Source: a bacterium (GTDB lineage: Bacteria > UBA8248). Taken from it: a DNA stretch of 64,000 nucleotides. The first letter of the stretch is position 1, and every line of letters starts with the position of its first letter. The stretch is taken from contig OZ253442.1 in NCBI GenBank assembly GCA_965261085.1, forward strand, positions 2,728,445 through 2,792,444, given 5' to 3'. The notes below the pieces were generated by a model. It saw only the letters and a list, made by a program, of their open reading frames with translations. It had not been told where the DNA came from and did no database searches. Positions 27,820 to 37,634 of the stretch are shown here, one piece after another. Both the position numbers and the translations under genes were made by a program.

Positions 27820-29130
27820 TCAGTCCGATTCATCCGGCGGCGGGCCGGGCGGGTTCTCATCGCTTTCGGGCTCCACTCCGAAGAGTTTCTGGACGGATTC
27901 GACCGAAATGCCCTCCACGTCTTCTTCCGCCATCTGGCGCAGGACGGCGAAGGGATGGTGGAGAAGCTTGTTGACCAGCGCCTTCGTCATGGCGTCAAGC
28001 GCATCACGACCGTCCCCGCCCAATTCGGGTAGGCGAAGAATGGTTTTTTCGACTTCCGTCCGGCGCATCGACTCCGCAAAGAAACGTATGGCCGCAAAGG
28101 TGTACCTGAGATCCTCCGCCTTCTGGCGGGCGAGATAGGTCTGCACCTCGCTTTCCAGGATCGCGCGCGCGTCGCGGGCCACCTCCTCGCGATCCCGTAG
28201 GTTGTCCGCCGCTACGGACTGCAAGTCATCCACATCGTAGAGATATGCGTCTTCCAGTTCGTTCACGTCGGGCGCGACGTTTCTCGGCACGGCGATGTCG
28301 ATGAGAAAAACCGGCGCGTCGCGGCGGCGCTCGAGCGCAGCGGCCACGGTCGGCTTATCCAGAATGAAACCCTGCGAGGCCGTCGAGGTGATGACGACGT
28401 CGGCGTCGATGAGCGCTTGCTCGAGATTATCGAAACTCACGGCGCGCCCCTTGAGTTTTGCGGCCAACTCCTGGGCGCGCGCGAGCGTCCTGTTCGCCAC
28501 CTGGAGGGTGTCCGCCCCGCTCGCCTTGAGATGCCTCGCCGCCGCCTCGCCCATCTCGCCCGCGCCCAGCAAGAGCACGTTCTTCCCCGCAAGGGAGCCG
28601 AAAATTCTTTTGGCCAAATCCACGGCGACGGAGCTCACCGACACCGGCGACTCGCCTATCGGCGTCTGCTCGCGAATCTTTTTCGCCACGCGAAACGCGC
28701 GGGAGAAGAGGTTCGTGAGCGCCTTTCCGGCGTGGCCCGAGGCCTGGGCGACCCGGTAGGCTTCTTTCACCTGGCCCAAAATCTGCGGCTCACCCACCAC
28801 CATGGAATCGAGGCTCGACGCCACGGTGAACAGATGCCGCGTGGCTTCGGCTTCGCGGTGAACGTAGAGATGGGCGTTCAGCTCCTCTCGGCCGATATCG
28901 CGTGATTCCAGGAAAAAGCGATGAATCGCATCGAGTCCCTGTTCCAGATCATCCACTGCGCTGTAGACTTCCACCCTGTTGCACGTCGAGAGGATGAGGC
29001 GCTCATCGAGCTCGTGGTAGCCGGCCAGCCTGTCGAGCCACTCGCTCATGTTCCCTTCGGGGAAATAGAGGCGCTCTCGAATGCTGAGCGGCGTGTTGTG
29101 GTGGCTCACGCCGGCGAGAATGATGGACAT
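27820..29130 (-). CDS. hemA: Glutamyl-tRNA reductase
   Basis: ..LSTCNRVEVY.. (catalytic Cys), ..LLLGAGEMGE.. (NADPH site), 436 aa. Confidence 0.95.
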   Translation of the reverse strand: MSIILAGVSHHNTPLSIRERLYFPEGNMSEWLDRLAGYHELDERLILSTCNRVEVYSAVDDLEQGLDAIHRFFLESRDIGREELNAHLYVHREAEATRHLFTVASSLDSMVVGEPQILGQVKEAYRVAQASGHAGKALTNLFSRAFRVAKKIREQTPIGESPVSVSSVAVDLAKRIFGSLAGKNVLLLGAGEMGEAAARHLKASGADTLQVANRTLARAQELAAKLKGRAVSFDNLEQALIDADVVITSTASQGFILDKPTVAAALERRRDAPVFLIDIAVPRNVAPDVNELEDAYLYDVDDLQSVAADNLRDREEVARDARAILESEVQTYLARQKAEDLRYTFAAIRFFAESMRRTEVEKTILRLPELGGDGRDALDAMTKALVNKLLHHPFAVLRQMAEEDVEGISVESVQKLFGVEPESDENPPGPPPDESD

Positions 29131-29145
29131 ATTCTTCCGCGCCCC

Positions 29146-29913
29146 CTAGAAATGGACGACAAGCGCGAGGAGCGCGGCGAAGAAGGCCACCATCGAGAAA
29201 ACGGCGGAGCGCTTTCCCTTCCAGCTTCTGGTAAGCCGACAGAAGAGCAGGAGCCCATATGCGCCCCAGATGAGTATCAGCGGCCAGGTGCGCACCGGAT
29301 CGAGGCTCCAGTAGGCGCCGTGGCGCGATTTCGCCCACATCGAGCCGAGCAGCAGGCTCGCCGTCAGGAACGCGAAGCCGAAATAGAGAATCTTGTGGTT
29401 CAGGTCGTCCAGAATGTCGAGCGAGGGCAGACGATGCAGCCAGGCGCTGGGTCTTCTGGATTTGAGTTGTTGGGATTGAACGAGATACATCAGCGCCGAG
29501 GCGAAGAGGAGAAAAAACGCGCCCGAGCTCAGCAGCGCGAGCACGGCGTGGCCTTTCAGTAAATAACCCTGCACGGCGCTCGAACCCGCACCCCACACGC
29601 CGGGAAAGGCCGATGCGTATCCCTCGAGAATGAACGCCGCAGGCACGGCGAAACCACCGAGGGCGATATCGCGGTAGCGGGCGTAGACGATCAGGTACAT
29701 CAGGATGATCACCCACGCCATGCCGCTCAGCCACGGCCCCCAGCCCTCGGGCGTGCCGGAGGCGAAGCTCACCCCCAGCATGAGGGTATGAAGCGCAAAT
29801 CCCGCGAGCAGTGAGCCGACTCCGTAGACGACGCCCACGGACCTGCCCGTGAAGAGCAGATACAGGTGCGTGAGCGCCGCAACGAGATAGCAGCCGATCA
29901 GGATGGCGACCAC
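29146..29913 (-). CDS. Cytochrome c assembly CcsA-like membrane protein (HemX-type, first gene of the hem operon)
   Basis: Multi-TM protein with a Trp-rich segment (..SMWAKSRHGAYWSLDPVRTWPLILIW..). Start set at GTG 29913, preceded by GAGAGGA. The track ORF extends to 30048. Confidence 0.7.
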   Translation of the reverse strand: MVAILIGCYLVAALTHLYLLFTGRSVGVVYGVGSLLAGFALHTLMLGVSFASGTPEGWGPWLSGMAWVIILMYLIVYARYRDIALGGFAVPAAFILEGYASAFPGVWGAGSSAVQGYLLKGHAVLALLSSGAFFLLFASALMYLVQSQQLKSRRPSAWLHRLPSLDILDDLNHKILYFGFAFLTASLLLGSMWAKSRHGAYWSLDPVRTWPLILIWGAYGLLLFCRLTRSWKGKRSAVFSMVAFFAALLALVVHF

Positions 29914-30081
29914 GGGATTTTTCCTCTCAGCGCAAGGCCGCGCCTCGCGATTGTGAAAACAGCCTTTTCCATCTCCGTCCACGGAAAAGGGCGAACAAAG
30001 CCATTTAGACCACCATTTCGGGCATTTTGCAATAATCCGGTGCGCCACCGGCGCCCGGGCTCAGATTTTCTACTCGCCAAG

Positions 30082-30111
30082 TTGGCTTGAAGCGCCCATT
30101 CCCACTATACT
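30082..30111 (+). promoter_or_regulatory. Candidate sigma70-type promoter for pyrD-pyrK
   Basis: TTGGCT (30082..30087), an 18-nt spacer, then TATACT (30106..30111), about 50 nt upstream of the pyrD start, in the divergent hem/pyr intergenic region. Confidence 0.35.
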
Positions 30112-30162
30112 CCATCCAATTGAACCCGCCCGCATACTCCACCTCAGGAGGGGCAGCAGACC

Positions 30163-31098
30163 GTGATACCGCTCCCCGATATCCACCCGCCGCTGATCAA
30201 CGCCAGCGGCATTTTGAGCTATCCGGAAGTTTTCACCGCCTTCGAGAGCGCGGGCGCGTGCCTGGGCGGCTACGTCACGAAATCGGTCGGTCCCCGGGAG
30301 AAGCCGGGCAACGACAATCCCGTGGTCGTATACCCCCCGGAAGGCGCGGTGCTCAACTCCCTCGCCCTGCCCACGCAAAGCGCCGAGGACTGGGAGCGCG
30401 ACCTGGAAGAGATAAAGCTCAAGAACGCAAAACTCATCGTCTCGGTCTATGGCGGAGATTCCAAAGAATTCGCACAGGTCACGCGCCGGATGTCGAGATT
30501 CAGCGACGCCATCGAGGTGAACCTGGGCTGCCCCAACAAGGAGCCGGGCGAGCAGACCATCATGGAGAGCATCGGCCAGAACCCCGCCCTCTCCGCCGAG
30601 GTCATCGAGCGCGTGCGAGGCGAGACGGACAAGCCCGTCATCGCCAAGCTCTCACCCAACAGCGATTATCTGGCCGTGGCGGATTCATGCCTGAGCGCGG
30701 GCGCCGACGCCCTGGGCTGCGGAAACACCCTGGGACCTGGCCTGGCGGTGGACATCCAGAGCCGGGCGGCGATCCTCGCGGGCACGACGGGCGGCATCAG
30801 CGGCCCTGCGCTCAAGCCCATCAACCTGCGCATGACGTATGAGTCCTACGCGCGCTTTCGCTGCCCCATCCTCGCATACGGGGGAATCGAAACCTGGGAG
30901 GATGCCGTGGAATACATTCTGGCGGGAGCCTGCGTCCTGGGAATCGGCACCGCCTTCATGCGAAAGAACACGCATGAGGCCGCAGCGCTCACCCGTGATA
31001 TCTGGGAGGGGATTCAGGAATATCTGGGCGATGAGCCGATGTCCGCGCTCATCGGCGGCGCACACCGCCCGGCGAACGGAGGCGGCTCCCATGCGTAG
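30163..31098 (+). CDS. pyrD: Dihydroorotate dehydrogenase, class 1B catalytic subunit
   Basis: ..LINASGIL.., ..EVNLGCPN.., ..IAKLSPN.., ..GGISGPALKP.., ..GGIETWEDA... GTG start preceded by AGGAGG. Confidence 0.9.
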   Translation: MIPLPDIHPPLINASGILSYPEVFTAFESAGACLGGYVTKSVGPREKPGNDNPVVVYPPEGAVLNSLALPTQSAEDWERDLEEIKLKNAKLIVSVYGGDSKEFAQVTRRMSRFSDAIEVNLGCPNKEPGEQTIMESIGQNPALSAEVIERVRGETDKPVIAKLSPNSDYLAVADSCLSAGADALGCGNTLGPGLAVDIQSRAAILAGTTGGISGPALKPINLRMTYESYARFRCPILAYGGIETWEDAVEYILAGACVLGIGTAFMRKNTHEAAALTRDIWEGIQEYLGDEPMSALIGGAHRPANGGGSHA

Positions 31099-31816
31099 CG
31101 TCTATAAGGTCGTAGAAAACCGCCGGGAAAGCGAGTGGACGCAGACGATCTTCTTCGATAAGGAGATTGAGTCCACTCCCGGACAGTTCATGATGGTCTG
31201 GCTGCCGCGTTTGGGCGAAAAACCCTTCACCCTCTCCTATCCGAACGCCGTCACCGTCAAAAAAGCGGGCGCGTTCACCGAAAAACTGGTTGCCGTGGAG
31301 CCGGGAGACGAAATCGGACTGCGCGGCCCGTTGGGCCAAGGCTACCCTGCCCTCAAGCGCCCCGCTCTCATCGGCGGCGGCGTGGGCATTGCGGAGCTGA
31401 GACTGCTCGCACTCGCCTCCGAAGCGCCTTGCTTTGTTCTGGGCGGTCGAACGGCGGATGAGATTCTGTATTATGAAGAATTCCGCGAACTCGGCCCCGT
31501 CCACGTCGCCACCGAGGATGGCTCCCTCGGACACAAAGGCCTGGTGACCGAACTATTGCCCGTCGAGGCGGACAGCTACGCCGTCTGCGGTCCTGAGCGG
31601 ATGATGGCCGCGTGTCTGCCCAAACTACCCCTTAAGCGCACATATTTCGCCATCGAGAGATATATGAAATGCGCCGTGGGCCTGTGCGGCCAGTGCACCT
31701 GTTCTGGCTGGCGTGTTTGTACGGACGGCCCCATATTCCCCGCAACCAGCGTCGCGCAGATGGATGACTTCGGAAAACGCAGGCGCTCTAAGAGCGGAAA
31801 ATGGGAAAAGGTATAG
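31091..31816 (+). CDS. pyrK: Dihydroorotate dehydrogenase electron-transfer subunit
   Basis: MRSVYKVVENRRES..GQFMMVWLP.. (FAD-binding barrel) and a C-terminal 2Fe-2S motif CAVGLCGQCTC. ATG 31091 overlaps the pyrD end by 8 nt. The 325-aa track ORF overextends the N-terminus. Confidence 0.85.
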   Translation: MRSVYKVVENRRESEWTQTIFFDKEIESTPGQFMMVWLPRLGEKPFTLSYPNAVTVKKAGAFTEKLVAVEPGDEIGLRGPLGQGYPALKRPALIGGGVGIAELRLLALASEAPCFVLGGRTADEILYYEEFRELGPVHVATEDGSLGHKGLVTELLPVEADSYAVCGPERMMAACLPKLPLKRTYFAIERYMKCAVGLCGQCTCSGWRVCTDGPIFPATSVAQMDDFGKRRRSKSGKWEKV

Positions 31817-31925
31817 AAAAAGACATCTTCCCAAGTTGATTCGGCTGTGCCTATAATCAGGCGGCAAGCGAAAGATTCTTTGCATTCACGGGGCTTCAGG
31901 CGGAGGACAGGCCATCCAATTCCGT

Positions 31926-32675
31926 GTGTTGGGTTGCGCGGGCGGCAAAGCGCCCGGGTGTCAGTTGACGTCTTTTCTCATTAACGAAGAGTTGCTGCTC
32001 GAAGGCGGTTCGGCCGCTTCCGGCCTCACCATCGAGGAGCAGGCCAAGCTCACCGGCGTCCTGGTGTCCCACGCGCATCTGGATCATATTGCGGAACTGC
32101 CCTACCTTGCCGACAACATCTTCGGCCTGCGGGATGATTCGCTGAAAATCATCGGCGCGCGAGACGTGCTCGAGCAGATTCAAAAATCCATCTTCAACAA
32201 CGCCGTCTGGCCGGATTTTTGCGCGATATGCCACGAAGGTACACCGATACTCGATTTCTCCGCCATCGAGGAGATGGAAACCCGCTCCTGCAACGGGGTT
32301 CGGATGACCCCCTACAAGGTCGACCACAAGGGCACCACCTTCGGCTTTATTTTGCAGGACGCAGAATGCGCGCTGCTCTACACGAGTGATACAGGGCCAA
32401 CTGAGGCCATCTGGCGGGGCGCTTCCGGGACGGAGAACCTGCGCGCCATCATCACCGAGGTGTCGTTTCCGAACAAAATGGAGGAACTCGCGCGCATGTC
32501 CAAACACATGACGCCGGCCATGCTCCAAGCGGAAATAAAAAAAATGCCGCCCGATATTCCCGTCTACATCTTTCACATCAAGACCCAGTATCACGATGAG
32601 ACCAAGGCGGAAATCGAGGCATTGAACGAGCCGAGAATCCAGTTGCTCGAAGAGGGAAAGACGTATTTTTTATAG
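31926..32675 (+). CDS. MBL-fold class-II 3',5'-cyclic-nucleotide phosphodiesterase-like protein
   Basis: (M)LGCAGGKAPGCQLTSFLINEELLLEGGSA...VLVSHAHLDHIAELPYLADN matches the bacterial CpdP-like pattern. GTG start, with no in-frame ATG upstream. Confidence 0.7.
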   Translation: MLGCAGGKAPGCQLTSFLINEELLLEGGSAASGLTIEEQAKLTGVLVSHAHLDHIAELPYLADNIFGLRDDSLKIIGARDVLEQIQKSIFNNAVWPDFCAICHEGTPILDFSAIEEMETRSCNGVRMTPYKVDHKGTTFGFILQDAECALLYTSDTGPTEAIWRGASGTENLRAIITEVSFPNKMEELARMSKHMTPAMLQAEIKKMPPDIPVYIFHIKTQYHDETKAEIEALNEPRIQLLEEGKTYFL

Positions 32676-32817
32676 TTTTCATACCCTGTTATGCTCGGCA
32701 GATGCCGGAAGAGTTCTTAAAGGGCGATTACAAGACGGCGAGGCGAGGATGTGAGGTCAGCATTCGGGGGTATCGCCTTCTTAAAAATAACAGAACAAAG
32801 GATGAGGAGACGCTTTC

Positions 32818-33063
32818 GTGGAAGACATCGAGGCGCAAAGAAAACACAGTCGCATCATGACCGAGCGCATCAGCGGCATTCTGGCCGGGGAGATCGAGGG
32901 TGTCGATGCGGACATCCGCTACAGCTACCAGGAGAAGAGTTTTCGGCTCTGGTGGGGAGAGCGGGAGGATCCGGACACCATGGCCCTCATCACTTTTGAG
33001 CAAATCGCCGGGCTGAACGACGAGGAGTTGCGTCAGATTATCCGCTCATCCGTCACCGGCTAG
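32818..33063 (+). CDS. Hypothetical small protein (81 aa)
   Basis: GTG start preceded by GAGGAG at about -8. Acidic protein with no recognisable family. Confidence 0.4.
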   Translation: MEDIEAQRKHSRIMTERISGILAGEIEGVDADIRYSYQEKSFRLWWGEREDPDTMALITFEQIAGLNDEELRQIIRSSVTG

Positions 33064-33268
33064 GAAAGTTCGGTTGCGGGATAGGTTTTAACTGTATTTT
33101 TTAATATATTTAATTTCAAATAATTGCCGATAGTAGTTAAATCGATATATCACCTTTATCTTGCATCTGCGCACCTGCTTGACCAAAGCGCGAATGAACA
33201 CTAACGGCAACAAAAAGCCGATTCGTCCCGACAACCCGTCCCTGAAAACCGCTGCCTTCTTTTCACGC

Positions 33269-34147
33269 TCAGGCGATGTTGGCCAGTTCCTGGTAAATGC
33301 GGAAGATTGAGCTCCCGTCCTCATGCTGCCTGCCCTTGCTGCGCTGGGCCAGATAGAGATGTTCCAGCAGGCCGCTGAGCGGCACGGGTACGTCCAGGTC
33401 CTTGGCGGAGTCGATGGCGCATTCGAGGTCCTTCAAGACTATCCATATCGGGCCTGATTCCGGGAAATTGCCGGCCAGCATGTCCTTGCCGCGAACGTCG
33501 AGCACGTTTGAGCCGGCCGCGCCCGAGCACAGGGTCTCAAGCATGACGTCTTTGGGGATTCCCGCCTTGAGACCAAGGGTGAGACCCTCGCATGCCCCCG
33601 CCATGTTGATAAAGAGCACGAGATTCACCACGAGCTTCAACTGGGCGGCCAGCCCGTTTTCCTCGCTCACGTAAATCGTCTTCTTGCCGATGGCGTCGAA
33701 GGCGGGCTTCGCCTTATCGAACGCGGCCCTGGGACCTGCCGACATCACCACCAGGTCCTTCACGGCGGCCTGCTTTCCCACGCCGCTCACCGGACAATCC
33801 AGCCAACTCACGCCCTTCTCGCCCGCTTTTTCCGCTATTTCTTTCGAGAACTTGGGCGGAACCGTGCTCATATCGGCGATGATGCCGCCGGAGGAGATAC
33901 CCTCAAGAATGCCTCCCTCGCCCGCCACCGCCTTTTCCACGACCTGGTAGTTCGGGAGTGAGGTCATCACCAGGTCGGCCCCATCGGCGGCGTCCGCAGG
34001 CGAAGACGCCCTGCGCATATTTTTACCCTCGAATTTCTCATACATCGCATCGAGCGGGTCATAACCCGCCACTTCCATGCCGGCGTCCAGCATATGGCCC
34101 GAAAAAGCACCGCCCATGACGCCCAAACCCACGACTCCTACGCTCAT
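33269..34147 (-). CDS. NAD(P)-dependent beta-hydroxyacid dehydrogenase (3-hydroxyisobutyrate dehydrogenase family)
   Basis: MSVGVVGLGVMGGAFSGHML (Rossmann GxGxxG) plus a 6PGDH-like C-terminal domain. Start set at ATG 34147. Confidence 0.85.
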   Translation of the reverse strand: MSVGVVGLGVMGGAFSGHMLDAGMEVAGYDPLDAMYEKFEGKNMRRASSPADAADGADLVMTSLPNYQVVEKAVAGEGGILEGISSGGIIADMSTVPPKFSKEIAEKAGEKGVSWLDCPVSGVGKQAAVKDLVVMSAGPRAAFDKAKPAFDAIGKKTIYVSEENGLAAQLKLVVNLVLFINMAGACEGLTLGLKAGIPKDVMLETLCSGAAGSNVLDVRGKDMLAGNFPESGPIWIVLKDLECAIDSAKDLDVPVPLSGLLEHLYLAQRSKGRQHEDGSSIFRIYQELANIA

Positions 34148-34241
34148 ACTCACGGCTCTCAAGCTCCTTTTGAATGCGGCGGCGGATGGATGCCCCTCGC
34201 CCGCCGGTACCGGATACGAAAATTTTACTGTCTGCGCATCA

Positions 34242-35000
34242 TCAGTGAATGATATAACCGCCGTCCACCACGAGGTTGTGCCCATGCACGAAAGAAGCAT
34301 CCTGGGAGGCCAGGAACAATACTGCGCCCGCTATCTCCATCGGCTCGCCGAAACGCCCCATCGGCACGGTTCCCAGACGTTGGGCGCGTTCCTCAGGCGT
34401 CTTGTAGGCGTGTTTCTTGAGATATTCCGTCGCCGTAGGCCCCGGGCTGACGGCGTTCACCAGAATGTTCTCGCCTGCGAGTTCGAGCGCCATGGAGCGG
34501 GTGAGTTGAATCAACGCCGCCTTGGTCGCGCTGTAGAGCGCGGTATTGCGCGCCGCTACGGAACCCAACTGGCTCGCGACGTGGATGATTCTGCCGCCGC
34601 CCGCCTCACGCATGAGGGGCAGCACCGCCTGGCTCGCGAAAAAAGGAGCGCGCAGGTTCACGGCGACCACGCGGCCAAAATCCGCATAAGAGAATGTCCC
34701 GAATGGTTGGCTTGCGCGAATTCCTGCGTTGTTCACGAGAACGTCGACGCCGCCCATAGCGTCCGACGCGGCTTCCACCATGCGCTCGGCGGCGCCCTCT
34801 TCGGCCAAATCAAAGACCCCGAAAGCAGCCCTGCCTCCGGCGGCCTCGCATTCGCGTGCGACGTTTTCGAGTTCATCCTGCGTTCCATCGGCAGCCAGGT
34901 ACAGGCTCGCTCCTTCGGCGGCGAAGCGATTCGCCACGCATTCGCCGATTCCGCGCGATGCGCCCGTTACGAGCGCCTTTTTCCCCTCAAAACGATTCAA
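34242..35000 (-). CDS. SDR family oxidoreductase (FabG-like)
   Basis: TGASRGIG, NNAG, and S..YSATKAA (the YxxxK catalytic motif). Confidence 0.9.
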   Translation of the reverse strand: MNRFEGKKALVTGASRGIGECVANRFAAEGASLYLAADGTQDELENVARECEAAGGRAAFGVFDLAEEGAAERMVEAASDAMGGVDVLVNNAGIRASQPFGTFSYADFGRVVAVNLRAPFFASQAVLPLMREAGGGRIIHVASQLGSVAARNTALYSATKAALIQLTRSMALELAGENILVNAVSPGPTATEYLKKHAYKTPEERAQRLGTVPMGRFGEPMEIAGAVLFLASQDASFVHGHNLVVDGGYIIH

Positions 35001-35091
35001 CCCGCGTTTCTCCTACCGAAAAGTTGCGCTATATTCCCCCCCGGTGCGACGACGCGCTCCCGGGATGGCCAAAAACAAGGAGAATGGCACG

Positions 35092-35694
35092 ATGCCCCGA
35101 CCGGAAACCTCATTTCAAGAACTCCAGCACGTCGCCGTCAAGGTGTCGAACATCAAGGAATCTCTCAGGTTCTATACCGAGATTCTCGGCTTCACCCTCT
35201 CGGAGCGCCACGACCCGGGAGAACACCCCACCCTCGCCGTGGGCCTATGTTTTCTGCGGTGTACCGCGTTTCATCACGATTTGAACCTAGTATACCACAC
35301 CGGCGAGCAGCCCGCGCTGGCGCAACTGAAAACCGACGATCAGGGCCCGATCAAGGACCTGGGGTTGCATCATTTCGCATTTAGAGTAAAAGACCGGGTC
35401 GAGTTCCTCGCCTGGAGAGAGTGGATCGAGGAATGCGGCGTCAAAATTGTGCGCGGCCCCCTGGTGCACAGCCCCACGCATCCTGAGGGCGATGGCACCT
35501 GGGGAGAGAACAGGGCCATGTACTTTTGCGACCCCGACGGTCACCGGATCGAAATCTTTTGCGACCTGGCCCGGATGGACGAGGCCAACGGCATCGAGAA
35601 GGAATGGTATGAAAACCGACTCCGAAAGGAGGGAATCGACCCCGCCCCGCATCAGCCCGTCGGCCCCCATCCGACAGGGGCTCTCAAGCGCTGA
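35092..35694 (+). CDS. VOC family protein (glyoxalase/extradiol dioxygenase fold)
   Basis: ..LQHVAVKVSNIKESLRFYTEILGF.., ..HHFAFRV.., ..YFCDPDGHRIEIF... AAGGAGA lies 8 nt upstream of ATG 35092. It is a paralog of 49201..49704. Confidence 0.8.
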   Translation: MPRPETSFQELQHVAVKVSNIKESLRFYTEILGFTLSERHDPGEHPTLAVGLCFLRCTAFHHDLNLVYHTGEQPALAQLKTDDQGPIKDLGLHHFAFRVKDRVEFLAWREWIEECGVKIVRGPLVHSPTHPEGDGTWGENRAMYFCDPDGHRIEIFCDLARMDEANGIEKEWYENRLRKEGIDPAPHQPVGPHPTGALKR

Positions 35695-35733
35695 ACCGCC
35701 GCCCGAGAAATGTTTCCCTATGAGTGAGACGCC

Positions 35734-37497
35734 GTGAGCTGGAAAAATTTTCGCATACAACTTCTCGGCTGGCTGCTCCACTTCGATTTCTCAGACGACG
35801 GCATCTTCTACTTCACGACCATCATCGTGGGAGCGCTCACCGGTTTCGTCGCCGTATTCTTTCATCTCGCGCTGGGCTGGACGCATCACCTTCTCTTCGG
35901 CTCCCACGATCTTTCCGAGATTCACCGCGCCTGGTACTGGGTGGCGGTCATACCTGCCGGGGGCGCTTTTCTCTCTGCGCTGTTTCTCCAATACTTCGCT
36001 CCCGAAGCCCGTGGCAGCGGCATCCCCCAGACGAAAATCGCGTACGTCGCCCACAACGGTCACATCGACAAGCGCGTGTGGATAGGTAAGTTCCTCATCG
36101 GGGTCCTCAACATCGGCTCGGGCTCGAGCCTGGGACGCGAAGGCCCCACCGTGCAGATATGCTCGGGCGCGGCGAGCTGGATAGGCGAGACGTTTTCGCT
36201 GAAAAGACGACGCGTGCAGGCGCTCGTCCCCGTGGGCTGCGCCGCCGCCCTGGCCGCCGCGTTCAACACGCCGATCGCCGCCGTCACATTCACGCTCGAA
36301 GAACTCGTGGGCGACCTGAACGCGCGCGTACTCGGCTCCATCGTGTTCGCCGCGGTTTCCGCGTCGGTCGTCTCGCGCGCCATTCTCGGCAACGAGCCCG
36401 TGTTCTCCGTGCCGTCTTATTCACTGGACAGTTCCCTGGAATTACTCCTCTACGCCCTGGTGGGCGTAATCTGCGCACTCGTCGCCGTGGCGTTCATCAA
36501 GGGATTGCTCTTCATACGAGCAGGATGGAAACACCTGCGAGGCTTCCGGGGCGTTCTCGCCACGGGTCTCGGCGGTCTTTTCGTGGGCGTCATCGGCATC
36601 TGGGTGCCCGAGGTATTCGCCGTGGGCTACCCCGCCGTGAGCAAGGCGCTCACGCACAGCTATACGCTGCCCTTTCTATTGTCTCTGCTTGCCCTCAAAC
36701 TCATCGCCACCGCGGTTTCTTACGGAACCGGCTCTTTGGGCGGCATCTTCGCGCCGACGCTGTTCATGGGCGCGATGGCGGGGGGCGCCGTGGCCTCTCT
36801 CGCCGAAATCGCCTTCCCCGGCTTCGTGGCCCATCCGGGCGGATACGCGCTCGTGGGCATGGGCGCGGCCTTCGCGGCCGTCATTCGCGCGCCCATGACG
36901 TCGGTGCTCATCATCTTCGAGCTCACGCAGGACTACAACATCATTCTCGCGCTCATGGTGGCGAACGCCATATCGCTCGCTCTCGCGCGATACTGGCACC
37001 CCGAACCGATATACAGCGCGCTTTCCTCACAAGACGGCGTCGCGCTGCCCGACCATGAGACCGAACATCTCCTGCACGGGATTCACGTGTCCGACGCCAT
37101 GGTCAGCGACGTCATCACCCTGCCTGAGGACATCACGATAGAAGAGGCGATTCAGAAAACAAAGGGAAGCGCCATCACCGGATATCCCGTCCTGGACGCG
37201 AGCGGGAAGATCTCCGGCATGGCGAGTAATTACGACTTCAGCCAGGCGCAGGCCGCAGGCATCCTGCAAAAACCCCTGGGCGAGATTGCGAAAAAGAAAT
37301 ACATCATGCACGCGCATCCGGATCAATCACTCGATTCGGTGATGGCCAAACTCGGCGACAGGCGAATCTCGCGCCTGCCCGTGGTGAGCCGCGTGGACCC
37401 GACAGAGCTTCTGGGAATCATCACCGCCGAGGACGTCATTCACGCCTTCGGCAAAGTGTGGCGCGGCCGGCAGCACCATCAACACGGCCCCGACTGA
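35734..37497 (+). CDS. ClC-family voltage-gated chloride channel/antiporter with C-terminal CBS pair
   Basis: GSGIPQ, GREGP and GIFAP selectivity-filter motifs, followed by two CBS-like repeats. GTG start. Confidence 0.9.
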   Translation: MSWKNFRIQLLGWLLHFDFSDDGIFYFTTIIVGALTGFVAVFFHLALGWTHHLLFGSHDLSEIHRAWYWVAVIPAGGAFLSALFLQYFAPEARGSGIPQTKIAYVAHNGHIDKRVWIGKFLIGVLNIGSGSSLGREGPTVQICSGAASWIGETFSLKRRRVQALVPVGCAAALAAAFNTPIAAVTFTLEELVGDLNARVLGSIVFAAVSASVVSRAILGNEPVFSVPSYSLDSSLELLLYALVGVICALVAVAFIKGLLFIRAGWKHLRGFRGVLATGLGGLFVGVIGIWVPEVFAVGYPAVSKALTHSYTLPFLLSLLALKLIATAVSYGTGSLGGIFAPTLFMGAMAGGAVASLAEIAFPGFVAHPGGYALVGMGAAFAAVIRAPMTSVLIIFELTQDYNIILALMVANAISLALARYWHPEPIYSALSSQDGVALPDHETEHLLHGIHVSDAMVSDVITLPEDITIEEAIQKTKGSAITGYPVLDASGKISGMASNYDFSQAQAAGILQKPLGEIAKKKYIMHAHPDQSLDSVMAKLGDRRISRLPVVSRVDPTELLGIITAEDVIHAFGKVWRGRQHHQHGPD

Positions 37498-37634
37498 TGA
37501 CGCGCTTCCCGAATGCTTTGCAGAGAGTGCGAAGATTTTCATATGATGACCGAGAGGAAAGGCTGGAGATCCATGCTCGCGAGGATCGTTTTTCGGAATA
37601 GAGCGCCCGCAAACAGAATGCCGGAACCACAAAA

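Noticed and set aside
30839-31090. The N-terminal 84 codons of the 325-aa track ORF for pyrK.
   Set aside because: This part overlaps the pyrD coding region in another frame and is Arg/Pro/Ser-rich. The PyrK homology starts at ATG 31091 (MRSVYKVVEN...).
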